IMG/VR virus record: IMGVR_UViG_3300004481_000271
Coordinates: 32,001 to 96,000 of that record
Direction: 5' to 3' (one strand)
Origin: a virus
DNA: 64,000 nt
Shown piece after piece: positions 29,093 through 38,657 of the stretch (the stretch's first letter is position 1; every line of letters begins with the position of its first letter). Both the position numbers and the translations under genes were made by a program. The notes under the pieces are model-generated. The model worked only from the letters and a program-made list of their open reading frames with translations, searched no databases and was not told the DNA's origin.

Positions 29093-29129
29093 CCCCAGGA
29101 CGCCCCAGGACGTCCGGAAGCCCCGGAGG
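29093..29129. repeat. CCCCAGGACG element (copy 2, tandem first unit)
   Basis: CCCCAGGACG twice, then TCCGGAAGCCCCGGAGG. Intergenic. Confidence 0.55.
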
Positions 29130-29181
29130 TTCTCGGGTAGCCGAGGCGGAGCTCCTCGAGCTCCTCGAGCCCTCGAGGGTC

Positions 29182-30168
29182 TCAGACGGCGCGGAGCATC
29201 GGAGCTCGCCGGTAGCGGAGGAGGATCTGGTCGATCTCGGGGTCGCCGGTGTAGAGCCCGACCCCGGCCCGGCCGAGGGAGGCGGCCGAGGGCGCGGCGA
29301 ACTTGATCGTCTGGTCGCGGGTCTTGAGCTCGGAGACCCGCCAAGCGGAGGAGCTCGGAACGGTCGGCGACGAAGCCCCCCTCGGCGCGAGCTCGCGAAG
29401 GGCGAGGAGGACGCAAGCCCGCCGGATGAGGTCCGGGGTTTTCCCGCTCGCCGTCCCGTCCGGGTCGGTGTAGCCGAAGGTCCCGGTGATCGCGACGTTC
29501 CGCTGGCCCGGCGGCCAGACCTTGATCCCGAGGGCGAAGAGGTAGAGGTTGTCGAGCGGCTCGAGGAGCTCGATCCTCGGGTTGTCCCGGTCGTCCGGTC
29601 GGAGGAGCCCCTCGGAGAGGTGCCGGTTGTAGACGATGAGGTCGGCAGTCGCGACGACAACGTCGTCGACCGAAACCTCGGTCACTTCGACGATCGGGAT
29701 GTCCAGGTGGATCGACCGCTTCCCGGTCCCGTCGACGGTGAAGGTCATCGCCCGAGGCTCGAACCATCGCCCCGTGAACATCTCGATCTTCTGGCTCGCA
29801 AGGGCGATCGCGTTGGAAACCCGGGTGTCATCGTAGGGCGGATCGGTGACCCCCTCGTCGCGGACGTCTTGGATCGTGGCGTACCGTCCGAGGACCCCCT
29901 CCCCGCGGATCGGCTCCGACGCGGTCCCCTCGGCGGCGGTGATGGAGTTGTAGAAGGCGAACCGATACCAGTAGGCGGGATCGCCGGCGGCGTCGATGAA
30001 CTCGTAGAGCGTCGTCCCGGCGACGAGAGGGACCCTCGTCCCCGGCCCGGTGATCTCGGAGTAGTGCCCCGCCTCGACGGTCGTCGACCGATAGACCTTG
30101 ATCTCGTCGAATTGCGTCAAGACGTTGGAGAGCTCGTTGACGATGACCCGGAGCTTGATGGACGCCAT
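29182..30168 (-). CDS. head-tail adaptor protein
   Basis: YATIQDVR, ASQKIEMFTGRWF, ITGTFGY...PDLIRRAC, ILLRYRR. N-terminal Fn3-like segment. Confidence 0.8.
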   Translation of the reverse strand: MASIKLRVIVNELSNVLTQFDEIKVYRSTTVEAGHYSEITGPGTRVPLVAGTTLYEFIDAAGDPAYWYRFAFYNSITAAEGTASEPIRGEGVLGRYATIQDVRDEGVTDPPYDDTRVSNAIALASQKIEMFTGRWFEPRAMTFTVDGTGKRSIHLDIPIVEVTEVSVDDVVVATADLIVYNRHLSEGLLRPDDRDNPRIELLEPLDNLYLFALGIKVWPPGQRNVAITGTFGYTDPDGTASGKTPDLIRRACVLLALRELAPRGASSPTVPSSSAWRVSELKTRDQTIKFAAPSAASLGRAGVGLYTGDPEIDQILLRYRRAPMLRAV

Positions 30169-30170
30169 GG

Positions 30171-30617
30171 TCAGACCTCCTCGGCGGAGAGCGGGACGGG
30201 GACGAGGTCGAGGGCGGCGACCCCCTCCGGCTTCAAGTCGATCGCCCCGAGGGCGAAGGGCGTCGAGGTCCCGGCCTCGGGGATAGCGTCCTCGGCGAGC
30301 GGCGCCAGGTCAAGGGCAGCGGCGGCGATCGGGACGAGGTCGAGGGCCTGGTAGGCTCTGGGAGGCTCGGGGAAGGGCGCCGGCGTCGGCCCCCTCTCCT
30401 GGTAGTAGGCGTGGACCGTGTCGCCTGGGAAGGGCGCCTCGCGCAAGCGGAAGGCGTTCCCGCCGAGCTCGACGGGCCCCTCGTCGCCGTCCCGCTGGAC
30501 GAGGACCCCGTTGAAGTAGACCCAGAGGGTTCCAGGCCAGTAGGCGGACGGAGTCGTGAAGTCGACGTTGACCCCGTCGATCGTCCCGCTTGCCTCCGCC
30601 AGGACCGGATCGCTCAT
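30171..30617 (-). CDS. small virion beta-domain protein
   Basis: GTIDGVNVDF...LWVYFNG...EAPFPGDT, plus ALDLxP repeats. Confidence 0.7.
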   Translation of the reverse strand: MSDPVLAEASGTIDGVNVDFTTPSAYWPGTLWVYFNGVLVQRDGDEGPVELGGNAFRLREAPFPGDTVHAYYQERGPTPAPFPEPPRAYQALDLVPIAAAALDLAPLAEDAIPEAGTSTPFALGAIDLKPEGVAALDLVPVPLSAEEV

Positions 30618-30844
30618 GCCTCGAGATACCTCACCGTCAGGGTATCACCTGGGAAGGGCGCCTCGCGAGCCTCGATCGTCGTCCCGCCGAGCTCGTCGAA
30701 GCCGTCGTCGTCGAGGGAGCGCACGAGAACCCCGTTGACCCAGAGGCGAACGGTCCCGGTCTGGTAGGGGAGGGAGACGTCGAAGACCCGGTTCGCCCCG
30801 TCGATCGCCCCGGCCGGCGCCTCGAGGTGCTCGTCGCCGGTCAC
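30614..30844 (-). CDS. small virion beta-domain protein, paralog of 30171-30617
   Basis: GAIDGANRVF...LWVNG...EAPFPGDT. GTG start inferred. Confidence 0.7.
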   Translation of the reverse strand: MTGDEHLEAPAGAIDGANRVFDVSLPYQTGTVRLWVNGVLVRSLDDDGFDELGGTTIEAREAPFPGDTLTVRYLEA

Positions 30845-31497
30845 GGTGGAGATCCGGCGTCCCCGCGTTCGCGAGCTCGGGAGAGGATGTCCCGCAGTTG
30901 GCGACGTTCGGACGGTAGGAGTTGGAGGTCCTCGAGGGCGCGGTCGACCATGGCAACGTCCGGCTCGTCCTCGCGGACCTTCGCCGAGACCTTCGTCGGG
31001 ATTTGCCGGACCTCCCGGATGAAGGTCTCCCGGTCCTGCGCTCGAGCCTTCTCGAGGGAGGAGAGCTCCGCCTCGTGACGGGCGACATCGCGGTCGAGGA
31101 CCTCGACGAGCGTCGCGGTCTCCGCCGCCCCAGCCCGCACGAGGAGGGCGAAGCCGACGGCGGACGAGAGAACGACCCCGCCGACCCCGATCGTCCACCA
31201 TACCAAGCGAGAGACCCCCGAGACCTTCGGGCGGAGGTCGGCGATCGCTTCGTCTTGCCGGCCCTGGCGTTCCTTCTCGTCGCAAGGGTGCCCGTGCTCG
31301 CCGATGTCGGCAACGTGCGCGTCGATCTTCTGGAGAGCCTCCCTGGCCTTGTCCCGAGCCTCCCGGGTGTCGCGGGCGACCGGTGGAAGGAGGTCCTCCT
31401 TGATCGTCTTGACGTTCTGGTCGACGCGGGCAACCGCGGACGTCAGGGCGTGGAGCGCGGAGGTCGGGACCGGGGTGTGTCTTGGGTCAGCGGGCAT
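30841..31497 (-). CDS. membrane-anchored coiled-coil protein
   Basis: Coiled coil, one TM helix (LVWWTIGVGGVVLSSAVGFALLV), coiled coil. Confidence 0.7.
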   Translation of the reverse strand: MPADPRHTPVPTSALHALTSAVARVDQNVKTIKEDLLPPVARDTREARDKAREALQKIDAHVADIGEHGHPCDEKERQGRQDEAIADLRPKVSGVSRLVWWTIGVGGVVLSSAVGFALLVRAGAAETATLVEVLDRDVARHEAELSSLEKARAQDRETFIREVRQIPTKVSAKVREDEPDVAMVDRALEDLQLLPSERRQLRDILSRARERGDAGSPP

Positions 31498-31545
31498 CGG
31501 GAACCCCTCCTTTCTCCCTCCCAGAGCGTTCGGTCGCACCGTTCA

Positions 31546-32436
31546 TCAGATCAGGGACTCGAAGACCGAAGCGACCGCGTCCGCGATCGCGAGCCCATAG
31601 GTGGACCGCGCGGCCAGAGGTTGCTCGATCTGGACGCCCCCTCCCGTCGCGGTCAACCAATTCACGACGTTCTTCGGGTCAGTCCCGGCGTAGGGCCCGG
31701 AGGTGACGACCTCGACGTCGAACTCGGCGCCGACGACGTCGGCGATCGCGTTCGCGACCGCTTGCTTCAGAGCGAGCGTCGCGGCCCCTCCGACCGAGAT
31801 CGGGTCCTCCCCGTAGCCGTGGAACGAGACCGCATGGGAGAACCCCCGCCCCGCGATTGCGGCGAGGAGCGGAAACGAAGCGACGTGAAGCTCCGTCGAG
31901 GTGATGTGCCATGCGGCCGCCGCCCCGCCCCCGGTTCGCCAGCCCTTGCACCGCCAGGCGGAGCACGGCTTCCCGGCGGAGGCGAGGGTTGCGAGAACTC
32001 GCTCCGCTTGCTCGTCGGTGTGGTTCTCGACCATCCCACCGTGCGGGGCGACCGCGACGAGTCCGGAATGGGCGGCGTCCGTCTCGTCGAGCCGCTCGAC
32101 GAACTCGCCTTGAGCCTCGGCCTGGGCATCGGTGAGATCGGAGCGCGAGCAGACGGAGTCGCACGTCCCCGACGAGAACGTCGAACCGGCGGAGTCGAGT
32201 CGCTTCCGTCCGTCGAGACACATTCGGATCCGACGGTCCGGTGATTCCTGGCGAAGCTCCGCGACCGTGTAGAGTGCTTTCAGCCCCGTCGTCGGGTGAA
32301 CGATCCGGACTTGCTGCCCGAGCCCCCGGCCGATCGCGGCGAGCTTCTCGGGGTCCGCAGAGCAATGCTCGGGGTATCCCATGAGGGCGGCCTGGTTAGC
32401 GTAGGCGGTCAAGACGTCGCAAAGGTAGGTGCCCAT
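31546..32436 (-). CDS. poly-gamma-glutamate hydrolase family protein (PghP/DUF867-like)
   Basis: VAPHGGMVE, WHITST, AVSFHGY, NVVN...GVQIEQ motifs of the family. Confidence 0.88.
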   Translation of the reverse strand: MGTYLCDVLTAYANQAALMGYPEHCSADPEKLAAIGRGLGQQVRIVHPTTGLKALYTVAELRQESPDRRIRMCLDGRKRLDSAGSTFSSGTCDSVCSRSDLTDAQAEAQGEFVERLDETDAAHSGLVAVAPHGGMVENHTDEQAERVLATLASAGKPCSAWRCKGWRTGGGAAAAWHITSTELHVASFPLLAAIAGRGFSHAVSFHGYGEDPISVGGAATLALKQAVANAIADVVGAEFDVEVVTSGPYAGTDPKNVVNWLTATGGGVQIEQPLAARSTYGLAIADAVASVFESLI

Positions 32437-32474
32437 CGGTTTCCTCACTTCCCTTTCCCTTCCCCTTCCCCGTT

Positions 32475-33917
32475 CTACTGCCCGGGTTGTCCGGCCAGCT
32501 TCCTTCCGGTGTAGCGGAGCTCTGCAAGGTGAACGTGGACAACGAGCGTGCAAGTGTCGCCCGCGTGATCCCCGTCCCGGCGAAGCCAGAGCGCCATGAA
32601 GTCCTTCGTCGCGTCGAAGTCGCCAGCCGGGATCGCGAAGTCGACGGCGAAGAGGACGTCGTTCGACCTGGCGGACTCGTCTTCCGTGAATGCGACGCTG
32701 TGCTGGTAGCTCGCCGGGAGTGCGTCTCCGGCCGATAGAAGGCTCCAGTCGAGTTGCCAGCGGACCCCGGTGTTGCCCGGAGTCCCGGCAAATGAGCAGA
32801 CCGCGCGAAGCGTGAGATCCCCGCCCGTCCGGTTCTGCGGCGGTCGACAGGTCCAACGAAGGCGACTTTCCCCGGCGGCGGCGAACGTGACGCTCGGGAC
32901 GTCGTTGTTCGACGACGCGGCGGCGCCTCCTCCTCGGATGCCCGTGTCGACCGGGAATCCGACGCGGCACGTCCCGACAGAGACGACGTCCGCGCCGGCG
33001 AGCTCCAGATCCCCGCGGTGCGTGACGCGAAGTCGCTCGACCGTCGATGTCCCGCCGTCCCGGAGCAGAACTCGGAAGTCGGCCTCCGGAGCGGCGGTCG
33101 CGGGGTCGGACCATACGAAGTGACACGATCCGACGTCGCGGAGGACGTCGTCGTCGTCGTTCAGCCGGACGAAGACCCCGGTCCCGAACCCCGCTAGGAC
33201 TGGCTCACTTGACCTTCGGGTGATCCCGATCAGCGACGTCGCGGAGGAGTCGTCCGTCGTGAGCTCCCGGACGTCGAGCTTCCGCGCCGGCAAGCCCCCG
33301 ACGTCGACATCTCCGCCGACGATGACCGCCCCCGAACGGTCCTCCGACGGGAGTCCGCCGGACGCGGACAAGCCGACGTCGTCGACGTGGAGTCCCGTCG
33401 TGCGGGCGATCCTCCCGACGTAGCTCGGAGACCCGCCGGCCGTCGTCCGGAAGACCGCATAGGACACGGCTCCGGGAAGCGCACCCCATGAAACCCGGTT
33501 GAAGTCGACTTCCCCGAGCGTCGCGGCCCCGGTCGAGATCAACGTCTCCTCGGACGCGACCGTCTCCCCAGTCGGGGAAAACGCCGTCACGCAGTAGCCC
33601 CAGGACGTCGAGCCGGGGGTCCCCTGCGGTGCGACGGTCGGCGCGGCGGGAGACCCAAGCGGGTTGACGATCATCCCGGCTTCGACCGGGTCGAGCGGGA
33701 TTCCGTCGTGGGCGGCGACGACTCCGTCGAGGAGCGTTTCGTCGCCGGCGTCGAGGGGCCCGTCGAACCAGACCCCGACGTTGTCTCCGGCGACGTTCGT
33801 GTGGAGGTAGCCCGCGGAGTCGATCCCGGAGCTCGCGACCTCCTCCTCGAAGGCGTCTGCGGCGAGTCCGTTCGGGAAGTCGCCGGCGAGACTGTAGCTG
33901 TACTCGGTCGCGGCCAT
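32475..33917 (-). CDS. multidomain virion accessory protein (head/neck fibre-like)
   Basis: LDGVVAAHDG N-domain, Fn3-like segment (YCVTA..GET, SYAVFRT), C-terminal beta-sandwich. ATG start inferred at 33917. Confidence 0.7.
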   Translation of the reverse strand: MAATEYSYSLAGDFPNGLAADAFEEEVASSGIDSAGYLHTNVAGDNVGVWFDGPLDAGDETLLDGVVAAHDGIPLDPVEAGMIVNPLGSPAAPTVAPQGTPGSTSWGYCVTAFSPTGETVASEETLISTGAATLGEVDFNRVSWGALPGAVSYAVFRTTAGGSPSYVGRIARTTGLHVDDVGLSASGGLPSEDRSGAVIVGGDVDVGGLPARKLDVRELTTDDSSATSLIGITRRSSEPVLAGFGTGVFVRLNDDDDVLRDVGSCHFVWSDPATAAPEADFRVLLRDGGTSTVERLRVTHRGDLELAGADVVSVGTCRVGFPVDTGIRGGGAAASSNNDVPSVTFAAAGESRLRWTCRPPQNRTGGDLTLRAVCSFAGTPGNTGVRWQLDWSLLSAGDALPASYQHSVAFTEDESARSNDVLFAVDFAIPAGDFDATKDFMALWLRRDGDHAGDTCTLVVHVHLAELRYTGRKLAGQPGQ

Positions 33918-34600
33918 CAGGCGATTCTCCAGAGCGTGACCCGGATCGACTTGAACGAGACGCTCCCGTTGCCGGACGCCTTCCGGATGTCGAAGTCCAC
34001 GGTATGAGCCGCCACGGTTGGGAAGGCGACGGACCGCACGCCAACTAACGGACGCGACCCCCCGACGTATCCAACAGGTCCGATCGTGTTCGCGATCGTC
34101 TCCGCGTCGTCGACCTGGGCTCGGCAGTCGGTGACGTTGCCCGCGTTCGTCGTGTCGAGATCCGCCTGGACCGCAAAGAAGTAGCTCCCCGCCGGAAGGA
34201 CGGCCGTCGTGTAACGCCATGCCTGTTGGTAGCTCGAAGACGACGTCGAGAACGGTGTCGACGTCGAATCGGTCTCGAGGTTCGGCGGGAACCCTGGAAC
34301 GTAGTCAACGAGATTCCACCCCCCAGCCCCGTCGGACTGAAGGAGCTTCCCGGTCGGGGCAACCCCGCTTCCGAGGTCCTGGGCGTTGACTTGGTCGGAC
34401 CCTCCCTTGCTATGCGTCGGAGCGTGAAGGGCGACGGCGCGCGGGTTGAAGACTCCGACCGAGTCCCGGAGCTTGAATCCTCCGTCGGCGTAGATCAGCT
34501 CGCCGGCATGGTCGGGGGTCGACCCCGGAGAGAGCTCGTCGAACTGGAGTCGTGAGGTCTCCGATTCGGCTCGAGCCCTCTCCGGAGTCGTCGGCATCAT
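33917..34600 (-). CDS. virion accessory protein
   Basis: HAPTHSKGGSD fibre-type motif, C-terminal jelly-roll-like domain. Confidence 0.65.
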   Translation of the reverse strand: MMPTTPERARAESETSRLQFDELSPGSTPDHAGELIYADGGFKLRDSVGVFNPRAVALHAPTHSKGGSDQVNAQDLGSGVAPTGKLLQSDGAGGWNLVDYVPGFPPNLETDSTSTPFSTSSSSYQQAWRYTTAVLPAGSYFFAVQADLDTTNAGNVTDCRAQVDDAETIANTIGPVGYVGGSRPLVGVRSVAFPTVAAHTVDFDIRKASGNGSVSFKSIRVTLWRIA

Positions 34601-35166
34601 CGAGCCTTGGGGACCGGCTTCGGCTTCGGCTTCGGCTTCCGCTTCCCCTTGACGGGCGCGGAGGGAGCTTCCTTGGCCTGCCCGGCGTCCTCGGCCTGGC
34701 GACGGTTCTTGATCGTGACGCCCGGATGAACCCCGACCGGACGAGCTCGCCCTCGACCGTTCGCCCCGTCGTCCTGGGCGGCGACCTCGGCGGCAGCACG
34801 GGCCTTCGCGGTCTCGCGGTCGAAGACCCGCTTCGTCACGGTGACGGCGACCTCGAGGGCCTCGACCTTCCCCCTCGCGGCGTGCGCCTCGCCGAGCTTC
34901 GCGGCGGCCGCTTCCTTCGCCCCGTTGACCGCCCGGAGGAGCCAGGTCTTCGCGAGCTTCGCTTCCTCGAGGTCGAGCTTCCCCTCGTCGACCTCCTTCG
35001 AGACGAGCCCGAGAAGCCCCTCGAGGCTCTTCGCGGCGGTCGCCCATGCGTCCGCCTCCCCGGCCTTCCTCGCCTGGGAGACCCTCCCTTGCTCGAGGAC
35101 GTCCTCGAGGGCGTTCCCGATCTCGCCTGCCGTCTCCCGCCTTAGCTCGGCCTTTTCGATCCCCAT
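34597..35166 (-). CDS. coiled-coil hypothetical protein
   Basis: Ala/Glu/Lys helical ORF with KP repeats, RBS present. Confidence 0.7.
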   Translation of the reverse strand: MGIEKAELRRETAGEIGNALEDVLEQGRVSQARKAGEADAWATAAKSLEGLLGLVSKEVDEGKLDLEEAKLAKTWLLRAVNGAKEAAAAKLGEAHAARGKVEALEVAVTVTKRVFDRETAKARAAAEVAAQDDGANGRGRARPVGVHPGVTIKNRRQAEDAGQAKEAPSAPVKGKRKPKPKPKPVPKAR

Positions 35167-35242
35167 CGTTTCGTCCTTCCCCTAGTTACGGTCGAGGGAA
35201 GCCGAGCTCGAGCTCGAGCTCGTCTCCTCCCCTACCGGTCGA

Positions 35243-37024
35243 TCACAGGTTGTAGGGCACGACGCAGAGGACGTCGTTGACCTTCACAACGAACTCGAAG
35301 CGGAGCTGCCCATTCGCGAGGGACGTCCCCGGATAGTAGTCGTTGTTTGCGGTCGAGTTGGCCCCGGGGCGGAGGAGCTCCCCGTTCAGGAAGACGTCAT
35401 AGGCGGTCAGGAAGGAGCCCGTGCTCATGTCGGGGAGCTGGGCGTCGAGGTTCGTCCCGCCTCCGACCCCGCCAACATCCGTGTCCGCGGTCGTCGTGCT
35501 CGTGACGTTGGCGTAGGTCTTCGTCCCGCGGGCGTTGCCCGGGTTCTTCGCCTCGATGAGCATCGCGGCGAGGGAGACCTCCCCGTATTCGGTCTCGAGG
35601 TCCGACCATTCCTGGGCGGTCTCGGTGAGCTTGAGCGGGACACCGAAGGTCGACCCTCCGCGGTTTCCGTCGTCGAAGAGGAGCTCCGCGGCGGCCTGGA
35701 CCTCGAGGTCGCCGGCCGTCGACTCGATGAGCCCGTCGGTCACCCCGATCGCGATCGGGCGGGTCTTCGAGCTCGCGATCGTTGCCCCCTGGGCGAAGTC
35801 GACGAGGGCGGCGTCGATGTCGAGCTCGTCGACGTCGGCGAAGACCCGAAGCTCGGTCGTCCCGCCGGTCGTCCCCTCGGTGATCCGGAAGAGGCTCGCG
35901 TTCAGGAGGTCGCGGATCTCCCAGTAGACCCCGGCGGAGCTGAGATCGAGGATCGCGTTCGCCGCAAGCTCGACGGGGGTCGTCCCCTGGTTGTCGTAGG
36001 CGTTCTGTCGCGTGACGTCGACGGCGCCGGCCTGGTCGACGAAGGCACCGGTGAGGAAGGCGGTCTCGGGGATTCCGTCGAAGGCGACCCGCCGGATGTA
36101 GGAGTAATCGATCGCCTGGCCCGCGATGTCCGCGACGGGGCACGCCTCGAGGTCGTCACCGGTCGCGGTCCTCCGAACGAAGGAGATCTGGACCTGTTGG
36201 GTCGAGTCGTTGAAGGTGTGCCCGTCGGTGGCGACCTCGGACTGGAGAAGCCCCCAGACCCGCCGGTTGTTCGAGGTGACCGGATCGCCCGACGCTTGAT
36301 CGACGACGAGGACGAGGTTCCGCGGGGTGATCGCGTTCTGCCCGGTGACCTCGGCGAGGTCGTGGGCGTTGAAGGTCCCGGCCTGGGCGACGACGGCGCC
36401 CTCCGTCGTGACCGCACCGACGGCGGCGGTCTCGGTCGGAGCCTCTCCCCCGGAAACGGAGAGGACAACCCAGTTTGCCCCGGGGACCGACCAATCCCCG
36501 GCGAACGCCTCGGCGACACCGCTCGCGTTCGTGTAGGAGATCACCGTCGACGAGGTGTAACCGACGATCGGGAAGGTCCCGTTGTTCGCGGGAGTCGTCG
36601 CTCCGGTGATCGTGATGGACTTCCCGACCATGTCCGGCGTGAAGAGCGCGGCGGCGTCGGTGAGAGTCATCGTCGGCGCGGTTCCGCCGATCGTGTCCCC
36701 GGTCCCGGAGGCAGCATCGGGGACGGTGACCCCGCCGGCGACGATTACCTGGGAACGGAAGAGGAGCCGCTTCTCTTCGATGTCGTCGAGGTCGGAGTTG
36801 ACGGCGGCGATCCCTCGCTTCTTCGAGTTGTAAGTCGGGATGTCGTCGTACCAGTTGCCGGCGACGTCCGCCCAGAGGGCCCGCTTGATCTGCGATCGGA
36901 GGGCGTCGAGGTCGTCTTGGATGTTCGCCGCCCCCGACTCGAGGGTCGCCCCCGCGGTCAGCGAGTCGGTGTAAGCGTCCGAGTTGCGGATCTGGGTGTC
37001 CTGGCGAAGGAACGTCCGGGCCAT
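35243..37024 (-). CDS. large virion structural protein
   Basis: 593 aa, Thr/Gly/Asp-rich, C-terminal DVFLNG...DY beta domain. Confidence 0.8.
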   Translation of the reverse strand: MARTFLRQDTQIRNSDAYTDSLTAGATLESGAANIQDDLDALRSQIKRALWADVAGNWYDDIPTYNSKKRGIAAVNSDLDDIEEKRLLFRSQVIVAGGVTVPDAASGTGDTIGGTAPTMTLTDAAALFTPDMVGKSITITGATTPANNGTFPIVGYTSSTVISYTNASGVAEAFAGDWSVPGANWVVLSVSGGEAPTETAAVGAVTTEGAVVAQAGTFNAHDLAEVTGQNAITPRNLVLVVDQASGDPVTSNNRRVWGLLQSEVATDGHTFNDSTQQVQISFVRRTATGDDLEACPVADIAGQAIDYSYIRRVAFDGIPETAFLTGAFVDQAGAVDVTRQNAYDNQGTTPVELAANAILDLSSAGVYWEIRDLLNASLFRITEGTTGGTTELRVFADVDELDIDAALVDFAQGATIASSKTRPIAIGVTDGLIESTAGDLEVQAAAELLFDDGNRGGSTFGVPLKLTETAQEWSDLETEYGEVSLAAMLIEAKNPGNARGTKTYANVTSTTTADTDVGGVGGGTNLDAQLPDMSTGSFLTAYDVFLNGELLRPGANSTANNDYYPGTSLANGQLRFEFVVKVNDVLCVVPYNL

Positions 37025-37165
37025 GGTCGTTTTCTCCTCTTCCTTCCCCGGTTGTCGTCGACGTCGCCTTCGAGTCTACAACGGAGGACGGGAAGGTCGC
37101 CAGCGTCGCGCGCACGACGAGCGCACGATCAGGGGAGAAACGATCTCGGGGGGAACTCGAGGACG

Positions 37166-37786
37166 TCAGCGGGCGCGTCGGACGGCGGAGGCGATCTCGG
37201 ACTTCTTCATCTTCCCGTCGACCTCGAGACCGAGATCGTCGGCGAGCTCGAGGAGCTCCTTTTTCGTCATCGCGGCGAGGTCCGGACCCTCGCCCTCCGC
37301 GTCCTCCGCGTCCTCCGCGTCCTCCGCCTCCGCTACGGCCTTCGCCGCAGCCTCGACCCTCGCTTCGAGGGCGATCGGGGTTGGTGCCAGGTCGGCAGCG
37401 ACCTTCCGGGCGGTCTCGCCCCGGTCGATCTCCTTCGCCTTCAACCCCGAGAAGGCGGACGGGATGACCTCCCCCTCCTTCTTCGGTGGGGCCGACTTCG
37501 TCGGAGACGGCGAGGCGAACATCTCGGCGAGGGCGGCAGCCTCGGGCCCGCCCATCTTCGCGGCGAGCTCCTTCCGAGCGATCTCACGCCAGGTTGCCTC
37601 GGTCTCGACGATCTCGAAGTAGGGCGCCCCGGTTCCCTGGACGAGGTCGCGGAGGGCGGCCGTCGCCGAGCTCGGGAGCTCGTACCACTTCCCAGCCTCG
37701 AAGATCTGGCCCCCAATGCAGACCCGTTGCGCGAGGGCGCCCCGCTTCTGACTGTAGGGGGCAAGTCGAACGTAATGCGTGGACAT
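37166..37786 (-). CDS. protein with C-terminal Rho-N/HeH-like domain
   Basis: DLAAMTKKELLELADDLGLEVDGKMKKSEI. GGAGG RBS before ATG at 37786. Confidence 0.75.
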   Translation of the reverse strand: MSTHYVRLAPYSQKRGALAQRVCIGGQIFEAGKWYELPSSATAALRDLVQGTGAPYFEIVETEATWREIARKELAAKMGGPEAAALAEMFASPSPTKSAPPKKEGEVIPSAFSGLKAKEIDRGETARKVAADLAPTPIALEARVEAAAKAVAEAEDAEDAEDAEGEGPDLAAMTKKELLELADDLGLEVDGKMKKSEIASAVRRAR

Positions 37787-37851
37787 AGCTCCTCCGTTCT
37801 GCCGGGAACGTATCACGCCCCCAGAGCCTTCCCCTAGAGGTTACTGCCCGG

Positions 37852-38241
37852 TCAGCCCTTGACCGTCCGGACGGAAGCCGGAGCCGGCGAGAGGAGGACC
37901 CTCGCACCGGTGACCGCGTCGGCGCCGGCGAAGGTGAGGGTCGCGACCCCGGCGGCGAAGGTCGCCTGGACCTCCCCCGCAGCCGGCGCCGAGTAGACGA
38001 TCGCCTTGACTCCCGTCGAGCCGGCCGTCGTCGCCTCGACCGCCACGGGGACGCCGGCCCTCGAGAGGGTCACGACGTTCGCGGCGACCGTGAGCTCGGC
38101 CGTCCAGTCGGCGAGGGCGCCGGCGAGGTCCCCGAGGTCGTCCGCGACGTCGCGGAGGGCCTCGGCGATGCTCGGGTCGTCGCCCGAGTGCCCGGGGACG
38201 ATCCGAAGACCCTCCCCGTACTTCTCTTTGATCGTCGCCAT
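37852..38241 (-). CDS. putative head decoration protein
   Basis: Small Ala/Val/Thr-rich ORF after the capsid gene. Confidence 0.55.
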   Translation of the reverse strand: MATIKEKYGEGLRIVPGHSGDDPSIAEALRDVADDLGDLAGALADWTAELTVAANVVTLSRAGVPVAVEATTAGSTGVKAIVYSAPAAGEVQATFAAGVATLTFAGADAVTGARVLLSPAPASVRTVKG

Positions 38242-38250
38242 GGAAACCCC

Positions 38251-38583
38251 CTACTCGCCGATCCAGCCGACGACGAGTCCGGTGTGACCGGAGAGGTCCG
38301 TCGCGCCGGCAACCTCGGCCCCGGGCGCCCCGTTCGCGGTCGCGAACGCCTTCAGGCGCGGGACGCCGGAGACGTCGGCGATCTTGAACCACCGGAGGAC
38401 GGCGCCGTCGTAGTCCGGGACGAAGTCCGAGTGAACGACCGTGACCCCGTCGGGGAGCGTCGCGGAGACGTCGTACCCCGTCGCGGTGTAGGAGGCGTCG
38501 AGGTCGACGTCGACCTTCCCCGCGAGGATCGGAGCCTTCGGAACCTGCCCGGCGTCGGCCGAGCTGTTGATCGTGATCGCCAT
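38251..38583 (-). CDS. putative head decoration / cement protein
   Basis: DASYTATG...EVAGATDLS, immediately after the capsid gene. Confidence 0.6.
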   Translation of the reverse strand: MAITINSSADAGQVPKAPILAGKVDVDLDASYTATGYDVSATLPDGVTVVHSDFVPDYDGAVLRWFKIADVSGVPRLKAFATANGAPGAEVAGATDLSGHTGLVVGWIGE

Positions 38584-38657
38584 CGCTGCATCCTCCTCGT
38601 GTGGGCTGGCTCGAGAGCCCGCCCGCTACGGTTCGGCGGTCGAAAGCCCAAAGGCTA

